Part shown: positions 16,670 through 26,438 of the stretch, piece after piece | Numbering within the stretch: the stretch's first letter is position 1 | Layout: every line of letters starts with the position of its first letter | IMG/VR virus record: IMGVR_UViG_3300045988_168162 | Coordinates: 64,001-128,000 of that record | DNA length: 64,000 nucleotides | Source: a virus | Strand: one strand, 5' to 3' | The notes under the pieces: generated by a model | Seen by the model: only the letters and a program-made list of their open reading frames with translations | Databases searched by the model: none | What the model was told of the DNA's origin: nothing | Position numbers and translations under genes: made by a program

Positions 16670-19245
16670 TGTTTGCACCTCCACTGTACATTGTACGGAA
16701 ATTCCCGCTATCTTTTATTATCAGCAATGACTTTAATATCCAGCTTGATGAGGATGAAGAAAAGCGGTTCCAGGTTAAGCAGCAGGACAATATGCTATTT
16801 AGGCAGATCCGGCTGATGACGTATGAAACGGACAAGTATAACCGGTTTGTAGTGTTCGTAAATTGCGTTGGCGGGCAGAACAAAAAGCCTGCCATGAAGC
16901 GGCTGATCCAGCACGGGTTCAAGATTGGCAAACAGGAATTTGTGCTGAGTGAGCGAAGTGCGAGCATGGTGCGCCAGGGAATTTTGAGCTTTGTAGATAA
17001 GCGGCTGGCTAAGGAACTGGATAAACGGATCACGATGGGAATCGAGATTGATAAGACTGTATTGCAGAAGCTATATGCTTACCGTGGGCTTATGTACTCC
17101 AGTTGCCACTGTATCGAAGGATGGCTGCCCAATATTGTAATTGTCCCTGATTGCTTTTTAACTATTAAAAATCAGCACATCAATTATGTGTATGACAAGA
17201 AGATACAATTCAAGGATAAAAATACTGGCAAAGACCGTGAATGGGAACAGAAAGATATTGCCGAGACCACCAAAGATATTGAGATAAATGCTTTTGATGG
17301 TTGTGGGATTGCACATCCTAAAATCATGGAAGAGATCCGCCGCCGGATTGGCAGCGATGAGCCGATAACTAGCTTTATAGCACGTGCGCCGTATCTAAAA
17401 GGTATGATTCACCAGTTTGATTATGAGAGTTTTTTCGCAGAACGCGGCGTGCGGTTTATTACAGATATTTGGGGCGTACAGCATGACGTAAGCCCTGGGT
17501 CTGAGCCAAAGATGTTCTGCCTGGAATCTATGTATAAAGGGTTGAAATACTTTAAGAAGACCGGAACTATAGCAGACTGGGAAGAATACTGGTATCAATT
17601 TAAAAAGTACAACCATTGTATTGGTGTGGCAAAGTGGAACTTCTCGGCAGAGCTGGAACCAATGTATACCCGCGGCAATTACCAAATCTTGCAGGATCTT
17701 GATTTGCCGTTTGAAAAGTTCAAATCATTAACCGATTATACGATTGACTGGTTTGAACGGATCACTGACGGAGACCCGGTATATACCTACTGCTTTTTGG
17801 GTATGCAGGCTGACCGCCATAAAGCGTTGAATGATTATTGTGCTGCTATCCTTAAAAATCCAGAAATGATGAATGAGGATGGAGTACGAAATTACATAGT
17901 AAATCTATTAAGCAAATATCGTGATGATATGAAGTGCGGCAAAGTTTGGCTGCATGGATCGTTCTGTTTTTTGGTGCCTGACCTGATTATGCTGGCCGAG
18001 CATATTGGTGGGTTGCCATTACAAGGGGCGCTGCAGGCGGATGAATTTTATCGATTCAATCGAGAGGGCACGTTGCTTGGAGAACATTTGATTGAACGAA
18101 ACCCACATATTTGTAAAAGCGAACATGTTATCTTAAAAGGTGTAACGAACGAGGTACTGGAAAAATATTGCGGTCACCTGGTAAATACCTGCATGGTAAA
18201 TTGCCGGTCAATTGTGCCGCAGAGATTGAATGGCGCGGATTACGATGGAGATTTAGTCCTCGTATTGGATAACAAAACTATGATGGAAGGAGTTGACAGA
18301 AACGCAGCAATAACACTGGATATTGACGATAAGGTTTGCGCCCTTGTAGAAGCTGATACGGTACAGAACAAAACAGAGTGTATTATCCGCGGATTAAAAT
18401 CCCGTATTGGTGAAATCTCTAATTTTGCAAGTTCGTACCATAATAAATGCCCCAGGACAGAAGAACAACGGCAGCGGTACAATACATTCATAAATCTTTT
18501 GAGTGTCAGTAACGGAAAAGAAATTGACGCTGCAAAGACGGGTGTACATTTTAAGATACCGCGCAACATTGAAAAGTATGGCCGCCCATTGCCGTACTTT
18601 ATGAAATACGCAAGCCCCTACTACAAGCGCATGAAGAATCTATCTGCAGCGCACAGTAATATGAACCAGTTGTGCTGGTTTATCGAACGCTGGGAGAACA
18701 CGATACGCCGCCGCAGAACAAAGAAATTTGACTGGTCCATTATGTTTGATGCGGACGTAGGATACACACAGGAGCATTTCCAAGAGATTGAAGCTATCTA
18801 TCTTGAATTTTGTAAGCTATGCAAAGACTTGGCAGAGTTTGAGCGACAGTGCAAGAATTATGATAGATACCGCGAGATCCTGGCAGAGCAGGGTGTGTCC
18901 CGTGAACAGGCGCGAGAATTTGAAACGAACTGGCAATATTATTACAGCGTATACCGCAATAGATGCCAGCTTCTCGTGCCGGATCAGCATGAACTTGCCA
19001 ATATCTGTGTTGAACTTTGCTACGGCAAATACCCAAGCCGGAACAAAAAGTTTATGTGGATGATGGCGGGGAAGGGCATTGTAGAAAATATTAAACAGGT
19101 AAATATCTGCTTGCCATTGCAGTGCGATGATGGTGAGTATGAATACCTTGGCAAACGATACACACTGGCACCAATGGAGAATGATATCCAGGTAGAATAT
19201 GTTGATGCTGAACTTATTCCCGGAGGTGATGCGGATGTATTATGA
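16669..19245 (+). CDS. YonO/QDE-1-like single-subunit two-barrel RNA polymerase
   Basis: IERNPHICKSEH ... LNGADYDGDLVLV (DbDGD metal-binding loop at 18238-18252, compare NADFDGD of beta-prime and DYDGD/DLDGD of cellular RdRPs). At 858 aa it is similar in size to YonO. Confidence 0.65.
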   Translation: MFAPPLYIVRKFPLSFIISNDFNIQLDEDEEKRFQVKQQDNMLFRQIRLMTYETDKYNRFVVFVNCVGGQNKKPAMKRLIQHGFKIGKQEFVLSERSASMVRQGILSFVDKRLAKELDKRITMGIEIDKTVLQKLYAYRGLMYSSCHCIEGWLPNIVIVPDCFLTIKNQHINYVYDKKIQFKDKNTGKDREWEQKDIAETTKDIEINAFDGCGIAHPKIMEEIRRRIGSDEPITSFIARAPYLKGMIHQFDYESFFAERGVRFITDIWGVQHDVSPGSEPKMFCLESMYKGLKYFKKTGTIADWEEYWYQFKKYNHCIGVAKWNFSAELEPMYTRGNYQILQDLDLPFEKFKSLTDYTIDWFERITDGDPVYTYCFLGMQADRHKALNDYCAAILKNPEMMNEDGVRNYIVNLLSKYRDDMKCGKVWLHGSFCFLVPDLIMLAEHIGGLPLQGALQADEFYRFNREGTLLGEHLIERNPHICKSEHVILKGVTNEVLEKYCGHLVNTCMVNCRSIVPQRLNGADYDGDLVLVLDNKTMMEGVDRNAAITLDIDDKVCALVEADTVQNKTECIIRGLKSRIGEISNFASSYHNKCPRTEEQRQRYNTFINLLSVSNGKEIDAAKTGVHFKIPRNIEKYGRPLPYFMKYASPYYKRMKNLSAAHSNMNQLCWFIERWENTIRRRRTKKFDWSIMFDADVGYTQEHFQEIEAIYLEFCKLCKDLAEFERQCKNYDRYREILAEQGVSREQAREFETNWQYYYSVYRNRCQLLVPDQHELANICVELCYGKYPSRNKKFMWMMAGKGIVENIKQVNICLPLQCDDGEYEYLGKRYTLAPMENDIQVEYVDAELIPGGDADVL

Positions 19246-20053
19246 TTTTTTCTGCAATGAGAAGATGTTACTTGATCATTATGAGGATTATCATATGGGA
19301 AACCGGACTTTAAACCGGCTATTGGCCCAGAGTGGTATGCCACCGGATGTTTGTGCAGATACCTATCTGGCTAAAATGGACAACCATAAAGGGCTTACCT
19401 ATGACAGATACGATCTGATACTTGATTATGAAAAAAGATGTACGAAAACCAGCAGACTTTTAGAAATTGATAAAATACAGATTTATAAGCAGGATATTGA
19501 GTTTATTAAGGATTGCGCCAGAAAATACCCGCTAAAGCAGCGTGAGCTGCTTGTGTTGTTTGGCGTGATAGTGATGTGCCGGATCTGGCAGACCGACACG
19601 TTAGATCTGACAACAGAATTTAACTTAAAGCAATTTTGTAGTTGCTTTAATGGAAAAATCTGGAAAGTGCGGATCAAAACAGACAAATGGTATGATACAT
19701 ACCACGAGCCTGAAAATATGAAGAATCTATATAGTAAGTATAATATTTTACTACGGACACCGTGTGAACCAGGCCCCAAGAAAATTGGCTGTTATTATAC
19801 TTACAGTAACTATGAATTGTACGATAGAGAAGTCGTTTATGAATATGTGATAACACCGCGGACCAATCGGCTGAACCTGTGTGAGGTATTTAAAGAGGTA
19901 GGACTTGAAAATATCCACTTTTGCCAGTGCTGTGGGGCGGAATATCACTTGAACAGTAAATCTACAAAATATTGCTCCAAATGTGCCAAAGAAATGCGCC
20001 GCGAGAAAACACGGGTTCGGACACGAAAGTACCGTAGCCATGCGAAAATGTGA
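19235..20053 (+). CDS. hypothetical protein with C-terminal zinc ribbon
   Basis: GGAGGTG SD; CQCCG...CSKC followed by a basic tail. Confidence 0.5.
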   Translation: MYYDFFCNEKMLLDHYEDYHMGNRTLNRLLAQSGMPPDVCADTYLAKMDNHKGLTYDRYDLILDYEKRCTKTSRLLEIDKIQIYKQDIEFIKDCARKYPLKQRELLVLFGVIVMCRIWQTDTLDLTTEFNLKQFCSCFNGKIWKVRIKTDKWYDTYHEPENMKNLYSKYNILLRTPCEPGPKKIGCYYTYSNYELYDREVVYEYVITPRTNRLNLCEVFKEVGLENIHFCQCCGAEYHLNSKSTKYCSKCAKEMRREKTRVRTRKYRSHAKM

Positions 20054-20095
20054 CGCTTTCTGAGGAAAGAGTTTTATGTAGGATTGGGTATAGTT

Positions 20096-20128
20096 GCCCG
20101 CTTGGTTTTAAGCCTGGCGGGCTTTTTG
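20096..20128 (+). terminator. rho-independent terminator
   Basis: GCCCGC...GCGGGC stem followed by TTTTT. Confidence 0.6.
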
Positions 20129-20168
20129 TATGCCCGGAATTATATTTTTAAAGGAGACTTGTTTTTTT

Positions 20169-20384
20169 ATGATTACTGTTACTAAGGCTGAGGCCAAGAT
20201 GATCCGCAAGATGTTCCCGAAAGCGCACATGAGCAAGACCGTACACCACATTATGGTGGACGAAGTAAAAGACATTTTGAATGTCCTGCCCAATAATGTT
20301 GACGCGCAGGCTGCCCTTGCGGAGATGGAGCGCGATGAAAAGCGCCGTACTGCCCGCACTTTTGATGGCGAGGTGAGTGCATGA
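20169..20384 (+). CDS. hypothetical protein
   Basis: ORF ending in an ATGA overlap with the next gene. Confidence 0.4.
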   Translation: MITVTKAEAKMIRKMFPKAHMSKTVHHIMVDEVKDILNVLPNNVDAQAALAEMERDEKRRTARTFDGEVSA

Positions 20385-21565
20385 ACAATTGGCCGATTTT
20401 TGAAGGAGAGACAGAGGACCATTACGTTTACCGCATTTGTTCCATGAAAGACCAGATTGGCACATGGCCTGATGTGGCGAATGTTATCAATGAAACGCTG
20501 GGGCAGAATAAGGGCGAGTGCGCCTACCGCAAAACTTGGAAGGCTTTCCAGGACATGCAGGATGCTTGCGGCTATGACACGACTGACTCGCAGGCGGTAC
20601 TTGAAGAAATTAAGAATGAGCGGCGCGAGTTGGAAAAGGCCAAGGTCAAGTTCCGCGATGAGCGGAATGAGGTAAGCCGCCTGATGCGTGTACAAGCCCG
20701 CGGTGAATCCATGCGCGAGCTGATTGAACGCTGCATTGATGCCTATGACCCAGCTGAATATGAGCATGTGGATGTGATGCAGTGTGTGGGGCAGGGTGAT
20801 TGCGACCTTGTGGTACACCTGACGGATCTGCATGCGGGTATCCATATTGACAATACCTTTAATAAGTTTAACCAGGAGATCATGGCTTACCGGCTGCGGA
20901 AATACGCCGGAAAGATTACAGAGATCTGGCGGCGGCACAATGCCAAGAACTGCTACATAGTGCTTGGTGGCGACATGGTGAACGGTGCGATCCACGTAAA
21001 CAGCCGCCTGGAAAACAACGAGCATGTTGTGGACCAGGTGATCACGGCCAGTGAAGCTGTGAGCTGGTTTGTGGCAGAGATGGCCAAGCTGTTTGTAAAT
21101 GTGGAAGTGTACAGCGTGCCGGGCAACCATAGCCGTGTATTCCCTAATAAGGAAGACAACCAGTATGGGGAATATCTGGACAAGTTGGTGACGTATTTTG
21201 TTGGCGCGAAATGTGCCTGCATTAACAACATCCACATGCATGATAACAAAATTGACGATACCGTGGCGAATCTCACCGTGCGCGACCAGCTGATTTATGC
21301 TGTGCATGGAGATAAGGATGCGGCTGGCAGTGTTGTGCAGACCCTGACGATGATGACGGGTGCAAAACCGGCCATTGTACTGATGGGGCACCGCCATACA
21401 AATGCCTTGACTACTGTTTACGATACCAAGGTTTACGAGAGCGGCTGCGTGAATGGCCCTGACGGGTATTGCATGGAAAAAAGACTTAGAAATAAACCGG
21501 AGCAGACCGTGCTTGTGGTAAATGACCAGGGCGTGGACTGCGCTTATGATATTAAGCTGGATTAA
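20381..21565 (+). CDS. calcineurin-like metallophosphoesterase with N-terminal extension
   Basis: Motifs VHLTDLHAG, LGGDMVNG, VPGNHS, AVHGDK, LMGHRHT. Confidence 0.75.
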   Translation: MNNWPIFEGETEDHYVYRICSMKDQIGTWPDVANVINETLGQNKGECAYRKTWKAFQDMQDACGYDTTDSQAVLEEIKNERRELEKAKVKFRDERNEVSRLMRVQARGESMRELIERCIDAYDPAEYEHVDVMQCVGQGDCDLVVHLTDLHAGIHIDNTFNKFNQEIMAYRLRKYAGKITEIWRRHNAKNCYIVLGGDMVNGAIHVNSRLENNEHVVDQVITASEAVSWFVAEMAKLFVNVEVYSVPGNHSRVFPNKEDNQYGEYLDKLVTYFVGAKCACINNIHMHDNKIDDTVANLTVRDQLIYAVHGDKDAAGSVVQTLTMMTGAKPAIVLMGHRHTNALTTVYDTKVYESGCVNGPDGYCMEKRLRNKPEQTVLVVNDQGVDCAYDIKLD

Positions 21566-21594
21566 GCCAGCGGGAATTTTGAGAGGGAAGGGGG

Positions 21595-21855
21595 ATGGTT
21601 TTTGTGGAAGACCATGAGAAGCAGCAGCCGGAATACTTTTGCAGCTATTCTGGACGGCTGACCAGTTTTTTGAAGGCTTTTGGACTGAGCTATAGCGAAC
21701 GAGCAAAGAACCCGATTACCGGCGCAACGTTTTGTATTTTTGAGCGGAACCAGAAGCTGCTGGATATTGTGGAGTTTTGGTCTGAGTGCCGTAACAAATT
21801 TAAGGATTACGACGAGGCCGGAAACCGTATTGAGCATGAGGCGGGTGATGCATGA
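21595..21855 (+). CDS. hypothetical protein
   Basis: GGGGGA SD; overlaps the next gene. Confidence 0.4.
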   Translation: MVFVEDHEKQQPEYFCSYSGRLTSFLKAFGLSYSERAKNPITGATFCIFERNQKLLDIVEFWSECRNKFKDYDEAGNRIEHEAGDA

Positions 21856-22901
21856 TGCCAGGACGGCCGAAAGGATCAAAGAATAAAGCGACTATTTTGC
21901 GGGAACACGCCGAGGCCCAAGCGCGAGCACAGCGCCGGATGGAAGAAGACGAGGTCCCCGCTTATTTTGTTTGTGCGCATTGCGGCAAGCGTTTTTTGAA
22001 ACAGCAGGAAAATTTTTCGGTTTGCCAGAGTACGCTTTGGGCCGGGAATAATTATTACCTGCCGATTTGTAATAACTGCCTGAACAAGCTGTTTGACCAT
22101 TACGTGGAGACATTGGGCAATGAGAACGATGCCTGCAAGCGTATTTGCATGAAGTTTGATATTTACTACAGCCAGTCGCTGCTTGACTCTACCGCGAAAC
22201 ATGCGCCAAATATCCCGCGCATGAAAGCCTGGCTGCGGCAAACCAATATGATCCAGCACAGAGGCAAGACATTTGATACATACCTTGCCGAAGTGGAAGG
22301 ACGTATCATCAATGAGCCGGAAGAAATCTTGGACGCTAAAGGCAAGGTTAGCCAGCGTATGCTGGAATTTTGGGGCCCAGGGTTTAAGGACCAGGATTAT
22401 GTATTTTTAGATAAGGAATACAAGGACTGGATCAGCCGGTATGAGTGTAAGACCAAAGCGCAGGAGGTTTTGTTTAAAAACATTGCTATTGCGCAGCTGA
22501 ACGGCATGAAGGTTGCCAAGACGGGTGATCCAAAGGATATTAAGACTGCCAACGACAACCTGCAAAGCCTGTTGGGAAGTGCAAATATCAAACCCAACCA
22601 GACAAACGATAATGCGCTGACAGATGCCAATACATTTGGCACACTGATTGAAAAGTGGGAACGGACAAAACCGATCCCAGAGCCTGACCCTGCATGGAAA
22701 GATGTAGATGGTATTGGGCATTACTTTAGAGTCTGGGTGCTTGGTACTTTGTGCGAATTGTTTAATTTAAAAAATCCATACAAGGCCGAATATGATGCCG
22801 AGATGGAGAAGTACACGGCGCATAAACCTGAGTACCATATGGACGAAGATGAGTCCAGCACCGCCGCAATCCGTAGCGCTGTTTTTGGCGAGGCAGAGTA
22901 A
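21852..22901 (+). CDS. possible small terminase / DNA-binding protein (by position)
   Basis: Immediately upstream of the large terminase; basic N-terminus; CAHCG..CNNC zinc motif. Confidence 0.35.
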   Translation: MMPGRPKGSKNKATILREHAEAQARAQRRMEEDEVPAYFVCAHCGKRFLKQQENFSVCQSTLWAGNNYYLPICNNCLNKLFDHYVETLGNENDACKRICMKFDIYYSQSLLDSTAKHAPNIPRMKAWLRQTNMIQHRGKTFDTYLAEVEGRIINEPEEILDAKGKVSQRMLEFWGPGFKDQDYVFLDKEYKDWISRYECKTKAQEVLFKNIAIAQLNGMKVAKTGDPKDIKTANDNLQSLLGSANIKPNQTNDNALTDANTFGTLIEKWERTKPIPEPDPAWKDVDGIGHYFRVWVLGTLCELFNLKNPYKAEYDAEMEKYTAHKPEYHMDEDESSTAAIRSAVFGEAE

Positions 22902-22912
22902 GGCGGTGCATT

Positions 22913-24667
22913 ATGGCTCAGAAACGAATGAGTGCAAATGAAGTTGCGAATGACAAAGCCGACCGTGTGATGAATGCGGTGGCAATATGGTGCTCTTACT
23001 ACAGGGCGAATCCGCACAGATTTTGCAAAGACTACCTTAATATAGACCTGCATCCGTTCCAGATGATCCTGATTTATATGATGAATCTGGCAACGAATTT
23101 TTGCTTCACGGGCAGTCGAGGGTTAGGCAAGACTTACCTGACAGCGGTTTTTGTTGTTACGAGGGCAATCCTTTGGCCTAAGACGAAAATTTGTATAGCA
23201 GCAAAGACGCGCGGCCAAGGGATACAAGTTCTTGAAAAGATAACAAAAGAGTTGATGCCAAACTCTGGTCTGTTGCGAGGAGAAATTAAGGATGTAGTAA
23301 TTAACCAAAGTAATGCGCAAATTACGTTCCGTAATGGAAGTTACATAGAAGTTGTTACCGCGAACGATAACTCCCGTGGCCACCGTGCCAATTTATTGGT
23401 ATGCGACGAGTTCCGTATGATCAATAAAGATGTCATCGACCTTGTTTTGAAGAAGTTTTTGACAGTTGCAAGACAGCCTGGATATTTGAAGAAGCCGGAG
23501 TACAAACATCTGATTGAGAGACCAAAGGAAATGTATTTGAGCAGTTCGTGGTTTCAGAGCCATTGGTCATGGCAGCTATGCAAAGACTACTTTGTATCAA
23601 TGCTTGACCCCAATAAAAAATATTTCTGTTTCCGGTTCCCATATCAGATGCCTGTTAAGGAAGGTATGTTGTCAATTGAGCAGGTAGAAGATGAGATGGC
23701 TGAATCCTCGTTCAGTGATATCAAGTTCCGTATGGAAATGGAAGCTATGTTTATTGGGGCTACAGATGGAGGATTGTTCAGTTTCGACGACATCAACAAA
23801 GTTCGCAATTTGAAGAAGCCGTTCTATGCACCCAATGTGATACTTGGCGGCAAAGATTTTGTACCGCCCGCAAAGAAGCCGGGGGAAAAGCGAATCTTGA
23901 CGGCTGATATTGCTTTGATGAGCAGCAAGCACAACGACAATGATGCCACGAGTATTTTCCTGAACAGCCTAGTACCGGATAGTTCTGGGCGTTGTACCAG
24001 CAATATGGTGTATACGGAAAACTGCGAGGGTATCATCACGCAGGATCTGGTGCTTAAACTGCGCCGGTATTTTAAGTGGTTTGACTGCGACTACATTGGC
24101 ATTGATGCCAAGGGCCTTGGTGCCCCCATTATGGATTTGCTGATGCATGAGTGTTATGACCCGGAGACGGGGGAGACTTATCCGCCGCTGAATTGTTGTA
24201 ACAACCCGGACTTTCAGGAACGGTGCCCGGACAAAACTGCGCCAAAGGTGATTTGGGCTATCCTGGGCAGCGCACAGCTGAACAATGATGCTACGATTTC
24301 TTTGCGAAGTGGCATACAGCAGGGAAGAATCCGGTTTTTGGAATCGGAATACGACTGCGAGGACTTGCTGCGCAAGGAGATAAAAGGTTACGACAAGATG
24401 ACGCCGACAGAAAAGACGGCTTTGCAGCTACCTTTTATAAACACGGGGCTGATGGTAAACGAATTGGTGAACCTGGAATATGAGGCCACTAATAACGTGA
24501 TCAAAGTACATGAGAAGCCTGGTGCCCGCAAAGACCGCTACAGCTCGGTTAGTTATAACTACTACATCGCACAGCAAGTAGAACGAAGCATGGCGAAAAA
24601 CTATGCTAAGAGCAAGAAAATTGAAATAAACTTTAGAGCGCCGAATCTGAGGAGGGGTAGCTTATGA
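22913..24667 (+). CDS. terL: terminase large subunit
   Basis: Walker A GSRGLGKT, Walker B LLVCDEF, C-terminal nuclease-like region; followed by the portal. Confidence 0.85.
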   Translation: MAQKRMSANEVANDKADRVMNAVAIWCSYYRANPHRFCKDYLNIDLHPFQMILIYMMNLATNFCFTGSRGLGKTYLTAVFVVTRAILWPKTKICIAAKTRGQGIQVLEKITKELMPNSGLLRGEIKDVVINQSNAQITFRNGSYIEVVTANDNSRGHRANLLVCDEFRMINKDVIDLVLKKFLTVARQPGYLKKPEYKHLIERPKEMYLSSSWFQSHWSWQLCKDYFVSMLDPNKKYFCFRFPYQMPVKEGMLSIEQVEDEMAESSFSDIKFRMEMEAMFIGATDGGLFSFDDINKVRNLKKPFYAPNVILGGKDFVPPAKKPGEKRILTADIALMSSKHNDNDATSIFLNSLVPDSSGRCTSNMVYTENCEGIITQDLVLKLRRYFKWFDCDYIGIDAKGLGAPIMDLLMHECYDPETGETYPPLNCCNNPDFQERCPDKTAPKVIWAILGSAQLNNDATISLRSGIQQGRIRFLESEYDCEDLLRKEIKGYDKMTPTEKTALQLPFINTGLMVNELVNLEYEATNNVIKVHEKPGARKDRYSSVSYNYYIAQQVERSMAKNYAKSKKIEINFRAPNLRRGSL

Positions 24668-26190
24668 CAGATAAGGAACAGCGTCAGGTTGCCGTGATTT
24701 CCCCAGACGGCAAGCGTAATTATGTGCCGGTCTCGGAATTTATGAGCAAGCTGCGCTATGCAAACTTGTCCAACATTAAAGTAAGAGACCTGGAAAACAA
24801 CAAAGATTACAACCCCACATATCGCAAATACACGAAATCACAGATCGTGACCTACCTGAGCAACCCGGCCAGCTATGAAACGCAGCTGCGCCAGATGAGC
24901 CAGTACCTTTTTAATATATCGAACTATTACCGGCGGCTGATCCAGTATTTTGCTAGTATGAGTATGTTCAGCTACATTGTGGTGCCGTATGGTGTTGACT
25001 ACTCCAAGAGCGTGAACGTAAACAAGTTTAAAAAGGGATATTACGGTGTCATTAGCCAGTTGGAACGTATGAATATCCGGCACGAGTTCTCGAAGGTATT
25101 GATGGTTGCATTCCGGGATGATGTGTATTACGGATATGCCTGGGAGACCAATGACAGTTATGCTTTACAGCAGTTGGACCCGGATTATTGTAAGATTTCC
25201 AGCATTGAAGATGGTGTTTACAATTTTGCGTTCAACTTTAGCTATTTTGATGCTAACAGCGAGCGGCTGCCGAATTTCCCGCCGGAATTTACCACGATGT
25301 ATAACGCTTACCAGAAAGACACCAACCTGAAATGGCAGGAGCTTTCCAGTGAGAATTCTGTTTGCATTAAGATCAATGAGCAAACCTATGTGCCGATCCC
25401 GCCCTTTGTGAGTCTGTTTAGTGCATTGGCGGACATTGAAGACTACCGCGCTATCAGCAAAAATGCCAGCGAAGTGAACAACTACAAAGCATTGGCGCTG
25501 GAAATCCCGGTTGATGATGAAGGTACTTTTTTGATCGACTATGATTTGTGCAAGGACTTCTACGATATGCTGTGCAACGTGTTGCCGGAAAATATCGGAG
25601 CCTTTATGAGCCCGATGAAAGTATCCAGCTGGGATTTTGAAAAGAGCGGTGCCGTGAGCGGTAGTGATGATGTTGAGAAGGCTGAAGCGTCCATGTGGAC
25701 GCAAGCTGGCGTAAACAGCATCCTGTTTGGCGGCGGAGATAAGGACTCGGCCACCTCGGTCAAATGGTCCACCATCAACGACCAGATGATCGTGTTTACT
25801 GTGATGCGGCAAATTGAACGCTGGATCAACCGCAAATTGAAGAGTGTTTCTACGGCATATAAGTTTAAGGTAAATATCTTAGATGTTACATATTTTAACC
25901 GTGACGAGATGCATGACCGCTATATTAAGGACGGCCAGTATGGATTGCCTGTCCGCGCTGCTATTATGGCGACCGGCGGCTATACGCCCAGTGATGTAGA
26001 AAACCTGATGTATTTGGAAAACACGATTTTGGACTTGAGTTCCAAGGAAGTGCCGCTGAAAAGCTCCAATACGCAGACTGTAGATAACGGTGACGGCGGA
26101 CGGCCTACCAATGAGAGCCAGGGGAAAGACCTGAGCGATGCGGGGGCTGTCACACAGAAGAATGACTCCAACGCGAACTCGGAGGGCTAA
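24664..26190 (+). CDS. portal protein
   Basis: 508 aa; ATGA overlap with terL; canonical position. Confidence 0.7.
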   Translation: MTDKEQRQVAVISPDGKRNYVPVSEFMSKLRYANLSNIKVRDLENNKDYNPTYRKYTKSQIVTYLSNPASYETQLRQMSQYLFNISNYYRRLIQYFASMSMFSYIVVPYGVDYSKSVNVNKFKKGYYGVISQLERMNIRHEFSKVLMVAFRDDVYYGYAWETNDSYALQQLDPDYCKISSIEDGVYNFAFNFSYFDANSERLPNFPPEFTTMYNAYQKDTNLKWQELSSENSVCIKINEQTYVPIPPFVSLFSALADIEDYRAISKNASEVNNYKALALEIPVDDEGTFLIDYDLCKDFYDMLCNVLPENIGAFMSPMKVSSWDFEKSGAVSGSDDVEKAEASMWTQAGVNSILFGGGDKDSATSVKWSTINDQMIVFTVMRQIERWINRKLKSVSTAYKFKVNILDVTYFNRDEMHDRYIKDGQYGLPVRAAIMATGGYTPSDVENLMYLENTILDLSSKEVPLKSSNTQTVDNGDGGRPTNESQGKDLSDAGAVTQKNDSNANSEG

Positions 26191-26196
26191 TGCTTT

Positions 26197-26382
26197 ATGG
26201 TAAAAGAAGTAAAGGTCCGAGGACGAGCGATTGCGCTGCACCTGATTTTGGGCGGTGCGGCTTTAGTGCGTGAAGAAAAAGACGAGGCAGGGCATAAGAT
26301 TTATGTGTTTGTTTTGGAAGATTGGCGCATTGAAGAGCTAAAAGAATATGTGAAAGAACAACAGGATAGAAACTACTTTTGA
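26197..26382 (+). CDS. small hypothetical protein
   Basis: ORF after the portal, followed by a hairpin and T-run. Confidence 0.4.
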   Translation: MVKEVKVRGRAIALHLILGGAALVREEKDEAGHKIYVFVLEDWRIEELKEYVKEQQDRNYF

Positions 26383-26387
26383 CCGGC

Positions 26388-26420
26388 GGCCGGGCTTATA
26401 CCCGACTGGCGGCCTTTTTG
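26388..26420 (+). terminator. possible terminator
   Basis: GGCCG...CGGCC stem with an inner CGGG/CCCG, then TTTTT. Confidence 0.4.
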
Positions 26421-26438
26421 ATTTGTGGGGGTATAACG

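Noticed and set aside
20108-21706. Long minus-strand ORFs opposite clear + strand genes: 20108..21706, 11727..12764, 27087..28211, 28679..30241, 32735..34237, 39192..39941, 49726..50517, 50944..51873, 53972..55000, 58017..59573, 59664..61970, 62544..63596
   Set aside because: They lie fully antisense to genes with recognisable motifs (metallophosphoesterase, capsid, tape measure, fibre and others). They have no SD and their composition is odd (H/R/L/C-rich). These are shadow ORFs produced by the codon bias of the sense strand.
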